64,000 nt of DNA from positions 144,235 to 208,234 of the forward strand of contig NIVC01001849.1 in assembly GCA_002269645.1 (NCBI GenBank). Reading direction: 5' to 3'. The notes under the pieces are model-generated. The model saw nothing but the letters and a program-made list of their open reading frames with translations, was not told the origin of the DNA and ran no database searches. Positions 35,594 to 46,874 of the stretch are shown here, piece by piece. Each line of letters begins with the position of its first letter. Positions within the stretch are counted from its first letter, which is position 1. The position numbers and the translations under genes were made by a program. Source of the stretch: Macrostomum lignano. Taxonomy: Eukaryota.

Positions 35594-37283
35594 ATCGATC
35601 GAAATTGAATACAAGAAACCAACGCACTCATGACAATATGGGCTAAATCTGTATTCAATACAAATCGTGCATGACAACCTCTATTAGCAGTACCATTTTA
35701 AACGCATATTCGGCTCCATATTAAAATGATCCTGAATTCACAGTACCTGCTGTTTTTCGTTCGTACTCTCGTAGCTTTCGATTTCCAGACTCATAAGAAC
35801 TTTAACATAACTTGTAAGCCAATATCATCAGTTGCTTTGGTCCGTCTTTGATGACATTACACCATATGTGCAGACGCTTACGCAGGACCCGTAACTTGAT
35901 AGATACGAGCGTAGATTAATGGATTAGGTCGTAGTAACTGCGCACTGTAATTGCACATGTGTTGTTGAGCAGCTCCCGTTCTTAGATTACCGTTGATTCT
36001 TAACGTACTCATTTTTTCACATTCACATAGTTCCCTTGATATTCAGTTGTAAATAGGCTTGCTATTTTTCTGCCATATTTTCACCTTAAAACTATCAGTA
36101 GCACACAGATTCTTTGCTTCTTTTGTTATCATGCAGTGTGTTGAGGTCTCATCAAATTCAAATGCAGCGCCCCATTTTTAGATTTATCCATATTTTCTGC
36201 GCCTTCCTACTTTAAGTGACTTTTTGAGCAAAATATCTCCTTTAAGCAGAAATTAAAGGAGACTAAATAAAATATTTTTTGTTACCCGCTACTCTCTGAT
36301 AGCTGCCGCACGTGTTTCTTTAGACCTAAAGAAATGAGCTTTATTGAAAACCAGGCCTGAATTTTAGTGAAGATTACATGGCATACGAGGGTACTAAGCA
36401 TACGACGTATGTCACTGTATGTTAAATTTAATGTCGAATGCATGTAAAAGTCGACAAGTAAAGCAAGTCTGCATCTTCAATAAAGCGTCTCACAAACGAC
36501 AGTCAATCATGCTTTGCAGTCGGGGTCGCCATCCATTAATTGTCAGATTAAAAATGGCACCGAAACGGCGTTTAAAAGTGCGTGAGAAGGTCGCAAAAAG
36601 AGGTATCTTATGAAAGACACTCTTTGAGTACAAGGTTGGCGCTTACAGCGTTATCAGAGTGCTTGCATGAGAGGCTGGGTGCTGGCGGAATATACGAAGT
36701 AGACGGAGTAAGGCAAATACGAGCCATAGCTCTCTGTTGTCTACTCTCTCTACTCTTGGCTCCAAGGTTGCTTGGTCGTATTGGAGAGGAGAGTTGCACT
36801 CAGCAGCATCACCGTCACGTCTTCAGCGTAAGCCAGGCTCGAGCTTCTACTCTGCAATATGCAAACAGATTTTTTTCGAAACCCTTTTTCAAAGAATTTT
36901 TTTTTGTTTATTCGCTCCAGCTCAAAATGTGCTACAAAATGTGGTGCTTGAGTCAGATTCAATGGAGCTGGCCTGAAGAACAATGCGTTTCTGATATCAA
37001 TGATATTGTGCTCAAATGAATACCCCTCTTCCCTCCCCCTCCCCAGCATTAGGGCCAGTGTTTTATGCTTGCAATAAAGACAGTTTAAACTGAAAGATGG
37101 ACGCTTCATGAACAATAACGAACGTTAGTTTCCGAGGGCATTTTATCCACTAGACTGCAGAGCAAAGAATTACCATCTTAAATTGAATGCAATCTTGAAA
37201 ATGAGACGGGACTTTGCCCAGTTGTTTTTTAGGTATACAGCGTTGATAGACAGCCTGGCGCTAGCAGCTGACAGAGCAGCAGC

Positions 37284-40200
37284 ATGAGTTCAAACAAGAT
37301 CAATTGCCTCGCCATCGGCGACGAAGCGGTTGGCAAGTCCTGCCTGATTGACTGCCAATTAGGCATAGAATTCCAGCGCATGCACATCCCCACTGACTGC
37401 TTTAAGAAACACAGCATGGAGAGCACTTTAGAGGGACACACATTTCAGATCACACTGTGGGACTCGCCCAGTAAGGACGAATGCTTTGTCGACATGCCGA
37501 GTTACCCAAAGGCGAATGTTGTGCTTCTCTGCTTTGCCATCGATTGCCGAGCGAGCTATGAAAACGTGAGAAGAAAATGGTTTAAAAGGTGCAGAAAGCT
37601 CTTCCACAAGGCGTCCTTTATTCTGGTTGGAACCAAGCGGGACCTGCGAGACAGTTCGACATCGATTAGTCAGTTCGAAGGCCGTGATCTGCGAAAAATT
37701 ATCAACGCTGAGACTTACAAAGAGTGCTCCGCTCTGAATCCTGAGAGTGTCCGGGAAGTTTTTGAAGAGATTATTTTCACGAAGTACAATCAGACTTTGT
37801 CAAAAACAAACAAAAGGTACGTGTTCATTTTACTTTTTATTACTTTTCGTCTGATATGCCTTACGCTGAATATTTTACTACGCTCTCCTAATATTCGTTT
37901 CCTTTAAACTTTATTGCAGCAGGGCACTAAGTATTCTCCCGTCAAAAGCCATCTTTTGGAGAAGAACTAAGAGTTCGAACGAGTACAGGTATCTTTTATA
38001 TTAGAATGGCTACGTGTACGAGATGTTCTTGGTCTCGAATCATTTGATTGCGTCTTTGATTCAGAGAGTATCGACCATATCTTATCTGATACTGCGTGAC
38101 AATATTCTCTGTGCAGATTTCACAATTTGCCATTGTAGCATCCTTTAGTCATTGGTGTCTCAAGTTCATCAGTAAATTGCACTGATGACCTTCACGAAAA
38201 TGATAGGAAGAGCAACGCAAAAGCGCGAACAGTCAATACTCTCTTTATCTGTCGCAAACAAAACAGTAAATTAAAATCATTTTCTTAGAAAAAATTAACC
38301 GTGAAAAAATAATCATATTTCCTCAATAGTGCCCAAAAAAACTGATGAATGTGAGTATCTACAACCCGATCCGATTCGAGCGGCGACACGTGATCAAGGA
38401 ATCGAACCGTAAGCTTAAAATTTTTTGGTGTTCAATCTCGACAACTTGTTTAAGTTTGCTCAGTATACTACTAGCATACTACATGTACTCAAAAGCTCCA
38501 GTTGGGTGCGCTGACAAAACAATGCTGTTCTGCTCTGCTTAAAAAAATCTGAAAAAAATTTAAGCTCCCGTTTACTTTCCATCACTCATATGAGAGGCGC
38601 CGCAACTGCGGTATTTATTTACAGACTTATACCTATCAATAGCCAGTAGTAGTTTTCCATTGATTAAAAGAGTTTAAAAGCAAATTTACCAAAGTGGAGT
38701 TCAAAAAAGGCGGAACAGAGTCACCGGAAAACGCGTCTGACTCTCGCGATGCGACCTCCCTCTGGTACCTCATTTGATTAAATGAACACCCACATCAACT
38801 TGGCGCTTGCACTCGTAAATTCTCGTCGTGCTTTTCACACCCTTGTGGGCAACCCCCCCCCCACCCTATAGCACAGAGAGTGCACATGCCTGACAATTAG
38901 AAAGTCAAATTGCGGGCAACCCCCCCCCCTATAGCACAGAGAGTACACATGCCTGGCAATTAGAAAGTCAAATTGCGGGCAACCCCCCCCCCTCCAAGGC
39001 ACGGAGAGTTGCACATGCCTGGCAATTAGAAAGTCAAATTGCGGGCAACCCCCCCTCCAAGGCACGGAGAGTTGCACATGCTTGGCAATTAGAAAGTCAA
39101 ATTGCGGGCAACCCCCCCCCCTCCAAGGCACGGAGAGTTGCACATGCCTGGCAATTAGAAAGTCAAAGGGCCGCTTTACAAATTTGCGTACAGAATGAGT
39201 TCAGGAGTCAGCGGAATCAGAATTGCCTCAGCGCCGGGTTGTGGGACGATTTCGCACATCACATTCCCACGTCACACAAAGCGATGCGTCAGGGTGCCCA
39301 CAGCCCTCCTGCAAATATGAGCGTTCTTCGTTATTTCTAAAAAAAGTCGGTCTTCCCTAGTTGAGGATCCCCCATCAGTTACGGTGCTTGAAAAATGTCG
39401 AAATAGGGTGCCTACGTAGTCTCGCACCCAATGCCTGCTGAATGTCCGGAAGTTTCGCCTAGAAGAAGGCCGTTAAAGTCAGAGACAATAACGAAATTTG
39501 AAGGCTTGGCAAGGCCGCACTGAGTTGCAGCGCTTGCTCGTAATTTCTGCCTAGGGGGTGCACTGAATGCATTCTGAGGGAAAAAATCCGGACCTTCTGG
39601 CAAAATCATTGAATATCTTTGAATATCATTGTTGAATATCATTATTATTGAATGTCATTGAAATCTCGGACGATTTCGAAGGCTAGTGACATGAATCTTC
39701 TTTGACCATGTGCGAGAAAAATCTAGCCATCCTTGTGAATTTTCACTGTAGCAAAAATGTCTGGCTGGATCCTTAACAGAAATTGTTTTTTACTCTTCCT
39801 GTTATTAAACATAAAATTCGTTTTCTTCAAATGAAATATTTCTAGAGATTTTGATTATCCTTTGGCCGGAGCAACTGGAGGCGCCGATCCAGACATCTAT
39901 ACGTGTCCGTCTATAGATTTATACAACCGGCATGGCTACATGAAGGCGGATGTTCAGGCAACAAATCCGTGAGAAAAAGAAATTTTATTTTACGAGCTAC
40001 ATTTGACTACTCGCAATAAAACATAATAGGGGCGCTTCACAAGAAATTTCACAACTTTGAAAACCCGTGCTAGTCACTCCCGCAATCCAAAATTTAAAAT
40101 AACTTCGCGATATGAAAATTTGAGCTTGTGAAGTTTCACTCTTCAAAAAAGTAACAGATAAGACTTTTCCAGGATGTGAAATTTCAAACTGGCGAATGCG

Positions 40201-43200
40201 ACCCCGAAATTCTTAAAATGTACAAATACGAGCTAGCTTGACTAATTACATGACTTACGTAGAGGCAGAATGGGCATACCTCACTGAGGATTTTTTCCTG
40301 GAGGCAGCGATGTCTGGCAACACAGTAACGTCCCGAGGGCCATATGTCCTTGCGGTTGAGTTGGACAGGGCCTGCGGAGGGTGGGGGAATGACAGGAGAT
40401 AGGCACGCGGGATTTCCGGCAGTTGGGGTGTTAGCCCACCTCTCCCTGTGCTGCCACCCACTGATTGATCCGGGTGGTGACAACGTACAAATAGCTACTT
40501 GAAAGCCTAATTTAGGTCAAATCTTTCTCTTCAGCAAACAGGAAACTCTTCAGCTTAGATTTCTGCACTTTTGAGTATCACTTGAAGCCAAAGTGTATCT
40601 TGAATAAATCGATCAGCTATCGATATCTTGAAATAATTTCTGATATACAAGAGAAAATATTCAATCTATACTACTTATAGTACACTTTTAATATTTTTTG
40701 TTTCGCATCTGGGGTCTTTACTCAAACCATCAAGCCGACGTGATAAAAGCACTAAAACGGTTATTTGCAGGACTAATGCGGGCTGCTACAACAGGGAGGC
40801 TACAAATGAAGAATATGTGTACGACTATATTGATGATGAGCTATCGGAATCTAACAAACAAGACACAATTCAACAAAGTCCGTTCAAGACTGACGACCTT
40901 GGTCAGAGGTAGGCATGCAAGATTCTCTTAGTGTGTCTTTCTGGATATATTTGCAATGCTCTTCCTTGAAATTCCCTCCACAGAGCACCTTAGATAGTTA
41001 ATACGAGCGTATGTAGTGCACAAGTTTAATAAACAGTTTAGTCACAATTTCAACTGTCACAGTTTAGATTTGCAAACCAAAAACTGGCCCGCGAAACAAT
41101 AAGGACTGTGAGACCAAAGATCCCTTACGAGACCGGAGAGGAGAATGAGTAAAGAGTGGAGAGGGGAGATGAGAGATGGAAGTAAAGAAAGGAGAGGATG
41201 GGAGAGAGGATAGAGGGGAGAGGGGAGATGAGAAAGGAGAAGAGAAAATGAAAAGAGAGCTGAGAAGAGACAAACCTTGAGCGGATGGGATTGCGATTGT
41301 GAAGTTTCAAAGGACTGGAGGGGCGGAAAGAGAGGCTTTGAGGGCCGGAGTTTGACAACCTCTGGGATAAGACCAAGCTTTGACAATTGGCTTATTTTTG
41401 TTGCAATTTCTCTGTACGAGCTAAGCTATTAGTCCAACGACCTTATGTAGATTATTGCTAATTTATTGTGAATTCTGAATTATAAAGCCTATTATTGAGC
41501 CTTCATCGAAGAATATTCAACCTAGTTGTAGGGCTTTACACGATTAATCAACTTCAGTTAACTGATAATTGAACGCAACAATATAACTTAAACATTTCTA
41601 CACCTTTGAAGGCCTCTACCACAAGCCCAGGAAATACCTCTGCCACCACCACAGCTTCTGCCTCCAGTACCTGACAGGTACATATTTTTTGCATGAAACT
41701 TCTAAATCAATGATAAAAGCGTTATGATTTTATCCTAGTTTTCAACTAAAAATCAACAAACATCGAATCGTTTTAGAGCGTTAAAAAAGAGACAGGTTCA
41801 AATGAAAGCAGAGCAAGAGGAACGGAACAAAAACATAGCTGCCGTTGTCCCTGCGTTGAAACTAAAAATCAATGTCGTTGGTGACGAGAAGGTCGGCAAA
41901 ACCTGTCTGCTCGTGGCCTATGCTGAAGGACTCTGCCCAGTTGAGTATGTTCCTACTGAGACCGACGACTGCTTATCAAAAGAGGTTCAGGTAGATGGAT
42001 ATACGATTCGCGTTGGCCTGTGGGATAACAGTGGCTCGAGAGACTATGACCGAATGCGGCCGGGAAACTATGAAGGGACAGACGTCGTCCTCATCTGCTT
42101 CTCCATTGCCAGTCCCGCTACCTTTGACAGCGTGCGCACCCGATGGCTTCCAGAGATAGCTCTTCACTGCTCGAACACTCCAATAATTTTGGTTGGGACC
42201 AAGATGGATGCGCTCGACGATAGAGTTGAAATGGAGAAACTGCACAGAAAGCGGCTTGCTCCCATCAGCAGCTTGCAGGCGACAGCTCTGGCCAAAGATA
42301 TTGGCGCTGAATTGTACATTGAGTGCTCGGCTCTGAGAAGATCGGGGCTAGATAGCCTTTTCAAGGCGGCCGTAAGAGCGGCTTTCGAAAAACAAAAGTA
42401 AGATTTTTTAAGCATCTATCTCAAAAAAACTTTGCAACAGCAACAGCTGAAACTATCGTTTTGTTGTTCCTACGCTCGTATTATGGTAAAGTTTCAACGA
42501 TGATGGGGGTTCTTTTGTCCACCATTAGATTTTGCGTCTTGTTTTTACAGAAAAATTCTGGAAGTCGGCTCAATACAAGAAAAGGAAAGCAGCAAAACTG
42601 AAGCCTCAGAGCCTCACGATCAGCTGGATGAGCCTCACCGTGATTTCGACGAGTGTAACGAATTTGCCTCGTAAGTTAACTTGAAATATCCTATTAAAAA
42701 GTATACATGCAATAGATGATCACCGAATCTCACATTTAAACAGTGCTCAAAGTTTCGACTCCAACGACCATAGAGACGTGGAATATGACGTTTGTTCTGG
42801 CCAATCTGAGGGTTTATTTAAGCCCCATAAAGCACAGCCGCCGGTTGTGCCTCCGCATCCGATTCCAAAGCCGCGAGGTATTCGTCGATTAAACTCCAGT
42901 ACTGAGGCACAGTCAGGAGTCATCGAACAAACAGAAGTTTATCCTTCACAGGAACCTACTGGACCCGCTGAACAAACTGAAGTTTATCCTTCACAGGAAC
43001 CTACTGGACCCGCTGAACAAGCTGAAGTTTATCCTTCACAGGAACCTACTGGACCCGCTGAACAAACTGAAGTTTATCCTTCACAGGAACCTACTGGACC
43101 CGCTGAACAAACTGAAGTTTATCCTTCACAGGAACCTACTGGACCCGCTGAACAAACTGAAGTTTATCCTTCACAGGAACCTACTGGACCCGCTGAACAA

Positions 43201-44521
43201 ACTGAAGTTTATCCTTCACAGGAACCTAGAGTTTCGTTCCAAGCTGCGACACAAAAGTTAAACGATCTGAACAGGTGAGCTCTGGGTGCATGCACTCTTT
43301 TACTCTTGCGCTAGACTAAAAAAAATTTTTATGTTCGGATTTTGGCAGTTAGCAAAGCATGGTGTCTGAATTGAGTGAAAGTAGGTGAGCAGGAAGGTGT
43401 CTGACTCTCGTGCCAAGCCAAATTACGAGTGACTTTGGGCTTTTGCGAGAAAATCAAGCTTATCAAATTATTCTTGACAATCTCCGAGGTACAGAGTGTG
43501 TACATGTTTGACGATAAGAAAGTCAGGGTTGCTTACATTGTGTGAGTGTGTGCCTTTGTACGTATCCGTGTGCGTTCGCGTGCTCAGGGGTTAGAGGAAT
43601 AGGTATTGCTGTTTACCTTCAGGATTCTTTATTTTGAGGCCTTCATTTTGCAGGGGTACTCAACGGCCCTCTTTGAACTGACTAAAATAACTGCATTTAA
43701 ATAATATCGAAGCTACATTACGACCTACAAAATCGTAATTCAACAATTCCAGACGAAACAAGGAGGCCATTTATCCAGTTACCTCACCTCAGGGCTTCTG
43801 TCTGATCATCAACATAAAAAAATATAGAAATCGCGCGCTATTTGAAGAAAGAATTGGCTCGGAATTAGACGTGGATAGAGTGAAGAGATTGTTTACCAGA
43901 TTAAATTTTATTGTCGAGGTTCACGAAGATCTAACTTGCAATGAACTCGTTCGAATCGTAAGTCTTAAAGCCCTCTCTCCGGACCTTTCTAACCATGGCT
44001 GTTTCGTATGCTTCATCATGGCTCATGGTGACGAATCCTCCATTTACGGCATCGATGGTGAAGCATGGGAGGTCCAGGCCATCGCTAAACGGTTTCGAGG
44101 AAACGAGTGCACCGGACTGTGTAACAAGCCGAAACTCTTCTTCATTCAGGCATGCCGAGGAAAGGGTTGCGAAACCATTCCAGGTGCATGGGTGGACCAG
44201 CAAGTGTCTAATGCATATTACTGCCCGAGGGATAGCGATTTCGTGTTGTGCTTCGCCACTCCAAGCGGCCAGGCTTCTCTAAGAAACCCTACAGAAGGGT
44301 CGCCATACGTGCAGACAGTGTGCGATGTGATTGAAGAGATGCACAAGACCGAGCACCTGCTCGACATGCTGACTATTGCCAACGACCGTCTCAAGAAAAA
44401 CCCAGTACTAAGAGATGGGAACAGGTTATTCGTCGTGTCGGAGACGTTGACACGATTATCCAAGAAGTGCTTCTTGGACCCCGGACTAGCTTCCGAGTTT
44501 GAGTCGAACACAGAAAAGTAG
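37284..44521 (+). CDS. Predicted fusion gene 2: pseudo-Rho domain + atypical Rho domain + repeat linker + caspase, ~948 aa; join(37284..37816,37920..37988,40771..40908,41612..41677,41777..42397,42551..42670,42744..43274,43753..44521)
   Basis: Seven GT-AG introns, all phase 2 (GTACGT, GTATCT, GTAGGC, GTACAT, GTAAGA, GTAAGT, GTGAGC). Internal exons of 69, 138, 66, 621, 120 and 531 nt are all open; total 2847 nt. An in-frame TGA upstream of ATG 37284 marks the start. Caspase motifs IYPVTSPQGFCLIIN, EERIGSELD, FIMAHG, IQACRG (44147-44161), SLR..GSPYVQ. Confidence 0.8.
38835..39167. repeat. ~63-66-bp tandem repeat (~5 copies), intronic
   Basis: GCACATGCCTGGCAATTAGAAAGTCAAATTGCGGGCAAC(C)n..GCAC(G/A)GAGAG. 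Confidence 0.9.
40260..40483 (-). mobile_element. Internal fragment of the LINE family seen at 60345-64000
   Basis: Homologous to 60688-60935 (HRERWAN.PTAGNP..LSPV.PPP...CPFC). Confidence 0.85.
41060..41364 (-). mobile_element. Second copy of the hAT-like non-autonomous element
   Basis: Minus strand begins CAGAGGTTGTCAAACTCCGGCCC; GA-rich body; homologous to 18719-19010. Confidence 0.55.
42925..43227 (+). repeat. Coding 45-bp tandem repeat (EQTEVYPSQEPTGPA x ~6.7)
   Basis: Unit GAACAAACTGAAGTTTATCCTTCACAGGAACCTACTGGACCCGCT inside exon 42744-43274. Confidence 0.95.
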
Positions 44522-45741
44522 CCTCAACAGTGAATTTGGAATAATTCAGTTTTAAACTAAACAACTAAACTAAATTCAAGGACCACTAGTAGATAGAGGA
44601 CGTTACACTCGGATTTCGTGGAAATTTTTTTGAAGTCCGATTTTCACCGCAAAATACATTGGCGAGATAGCAAATTTTCACGTTTTTAATATTCAGAAGC
44701 CTGTTGTAATTGATTTAAGCCTGCTTCAAAAAAACCCATCTAACATTTTACTTTTAAGACCCTGTTCTATTGGTTTCTATTATGTTTTAGTCGCGAAAAC
44801 GTTCTATAGATATAGTTTTATCACATTTTGACGTAGTCATGAAATTACATAGACTAGGGGGGGCCTATATATGCACTTTGGCTAGTGAGGCAGGCCCGAT
44901 GTGTTTAATATTCACGTAACCATGATTTTAAATTTCCGCCAAACTACGCTTAACAACGCATTTTTGTTAGAACGAAATCTTTGTTTTAATGGGTTTGTTT
45001 TATTCGGGAAAATTATTTTGTTAAACCGCTATAAAGAAATTTGTTTATTCACGACCCGCGCACCCCACCTCCCCCTTTTTGAGACTATAAATACAAGCGA
45101 TTGCGGGCAATTTCCCCTTTGCCCGCCGTTTCCTCGATTCGGTCAAGAAAAGCAAAACGTGTTGTCTTAGTCACTGGAAAGCAAGACAGGAGAAAAAGCT
45201 GTAAGAGGCCAGAAAAGCCGTAAGAGGCCAAGAAAGCTGTGAGAAGCCAGAAAAGCCGTAAGAGGCCAAGAAAAACTGTAAGAAGCCAGAAAAAGCCGTA
45301 AGAGGCCAGGAAAGCTGTGAGAAGCCAGAAATAGACGGTTGACGAGTCGGGCAACTCCTTCCCAGGGAGCCCGCAACTAAATATAGGGAATTAATAGTAG
45401 TAATAATAATAGTAGTGAGATTCATAATTACATGTAGACCAGTGTTTGCCGCTCGACACTGCTACCAGGGCGCCTTGCATAGATTCAAGGAGTCCTTAGA
45501 TTAGAATTCTAGACTTGATATTTTCTAAGAAGCAGCAATTGACTAAGCAATTTTATGGAGTAATAACTATCTTAATTTACAACAACTTGGTAACAGCAGT
45601 GGGATTTTAGCAGACAGAAATATCCCCTGCGACAACTTGGTGACATCGGTAGGATAGTCTACAATTTAGTTAAACACCCCCTGGTACAACTTGGTGGCAG
45701 CGGAAAGGGATTGGAATCCGACTAAGTCGACCGCTAAAGCG

Positions 45742-45838
45742 AATAACGTGAGAGTACAGCAAATAACGTGAGAGTACAGCAAATAACGTGAGAGTACAGC
45801 AAATAACGTGAGAGTACAGCAAATAACGTGAGAGTACA
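45742..45838 (+). repeat. 20-bp tandem repeat x5 abutting the gag ATG
   Basis: AATAACGTGAGAGTACAGCA. Confidence 0.9.
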
Positions 45839-46737
45839 ATGGCAGCACTTAATGACGCTATAGGTTTATTAGCAGAGGAGCTTAGGAACAGGCTAGAACT
45901 AGGGCCTATGAGGCATGTAAAGATCCAAAAGTACACTCCCAGCCAGGATGTACGAATTTGGTTGACTGCATTCGATCAAAGGTGTGATCAGGAAGGAATA
46001 GATCAGGAGCACAGGAAAACTGAACTTCTAGCTAACCTAGATCTATCGACTGCGTTTGCAGCAGTGCAGCGATTAAATTTACCCGAGGATTTGACGTATG
46101 AGGAATTTAAGGAGAGATTGGTGGAAGATTTGGCCGGATTGGTAGCTCATCTGAGTGCAGAGAAGAGTTTAGAGGTAGGATGCAGGGTAGAAACGAGGCA
46201 ACCGACGTGTTCGCCGATGCTTTGATCGAACTAGCAGCTAGGGCGTTCCCAAATATGAACGCAGAACAGCGTGAAGAGGAAGTAATCGAGCAATTTATCA
46301 AGGGAGTAAGAATTTCCTCCGATACCCGGGAGAAACTCATTTTTGCTCAGCCCACTAGCCTGCAGGAGGCCAGACGCATGCTTAGGAGAATAGAAGCAGC
46401 CTGGCATATGTCGCATAAGAACGGTGTCAGAGTCGTGAGAGACGAAGATGATGAGAAGAGCAAGTTAGAAAAGCTAATTAAGCAGCAGAAATCTGAGCTC
46501 GAAGAGCAGAAGAAGCTAATTCAGGAACTGCAAGCTGAAAAGCAGCAGCCGCCAGTTACTCAGACTAGGCCGCAATACTATCAGCCAAGAGTTCAGGCGT
46601 TCCAGCCACAGCTTCGCCCGCTGATGCAGCAGCAGATAAGGAGGCAGATCCCGTGGAAGCCAACACAGAATGTAGTGCGACCTGGCTTTAACAACCAGAG
46701 TCGATTCCCTGCCCGCAACCCCAATCAGGGAAACTAG
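45839..46737 (+). CDS. gag: Gypsy gag (one frameshift near 46130)
   Basis: ORFs 45839..46225 and 46180..46737: capsid-like LTYEEFKERL, F..QGRNE...F...L.ELA..AFP, EQFIKG; coiled-coil and Q/P-rich tail. Confidence 0.8.
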
Positions 46738-46874
46738 GATTCGAGGGTCGATATTCGAGGCCACGTCCCTCTAGGAAACCCCAAAGCGAAGCTCAGGCCT
46801 CTCATTTCTCCCGCAAACCCGTTTTCAACCCACTCCCTGGAGGATGGCGACAAGTCCCATTTTCCAGGAATTCA

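Noticed and set aside
35590-37284. Joining gene 3 to gene 2 as one four-GTPase caspase
   Set aside because: The acceptor at 37232 is followed by an in-frame TGA before ATG 37284, so that segment is 5' UTR.
38330-38408. Extra gene 2 exon (KTDECEYLQPDPIRAATRDQGIEP)
   Set aside because: Good splice sites, but phase 1-2 as assembled. It would fit only if the 7-A run is really 6, so it is left out pending reads.
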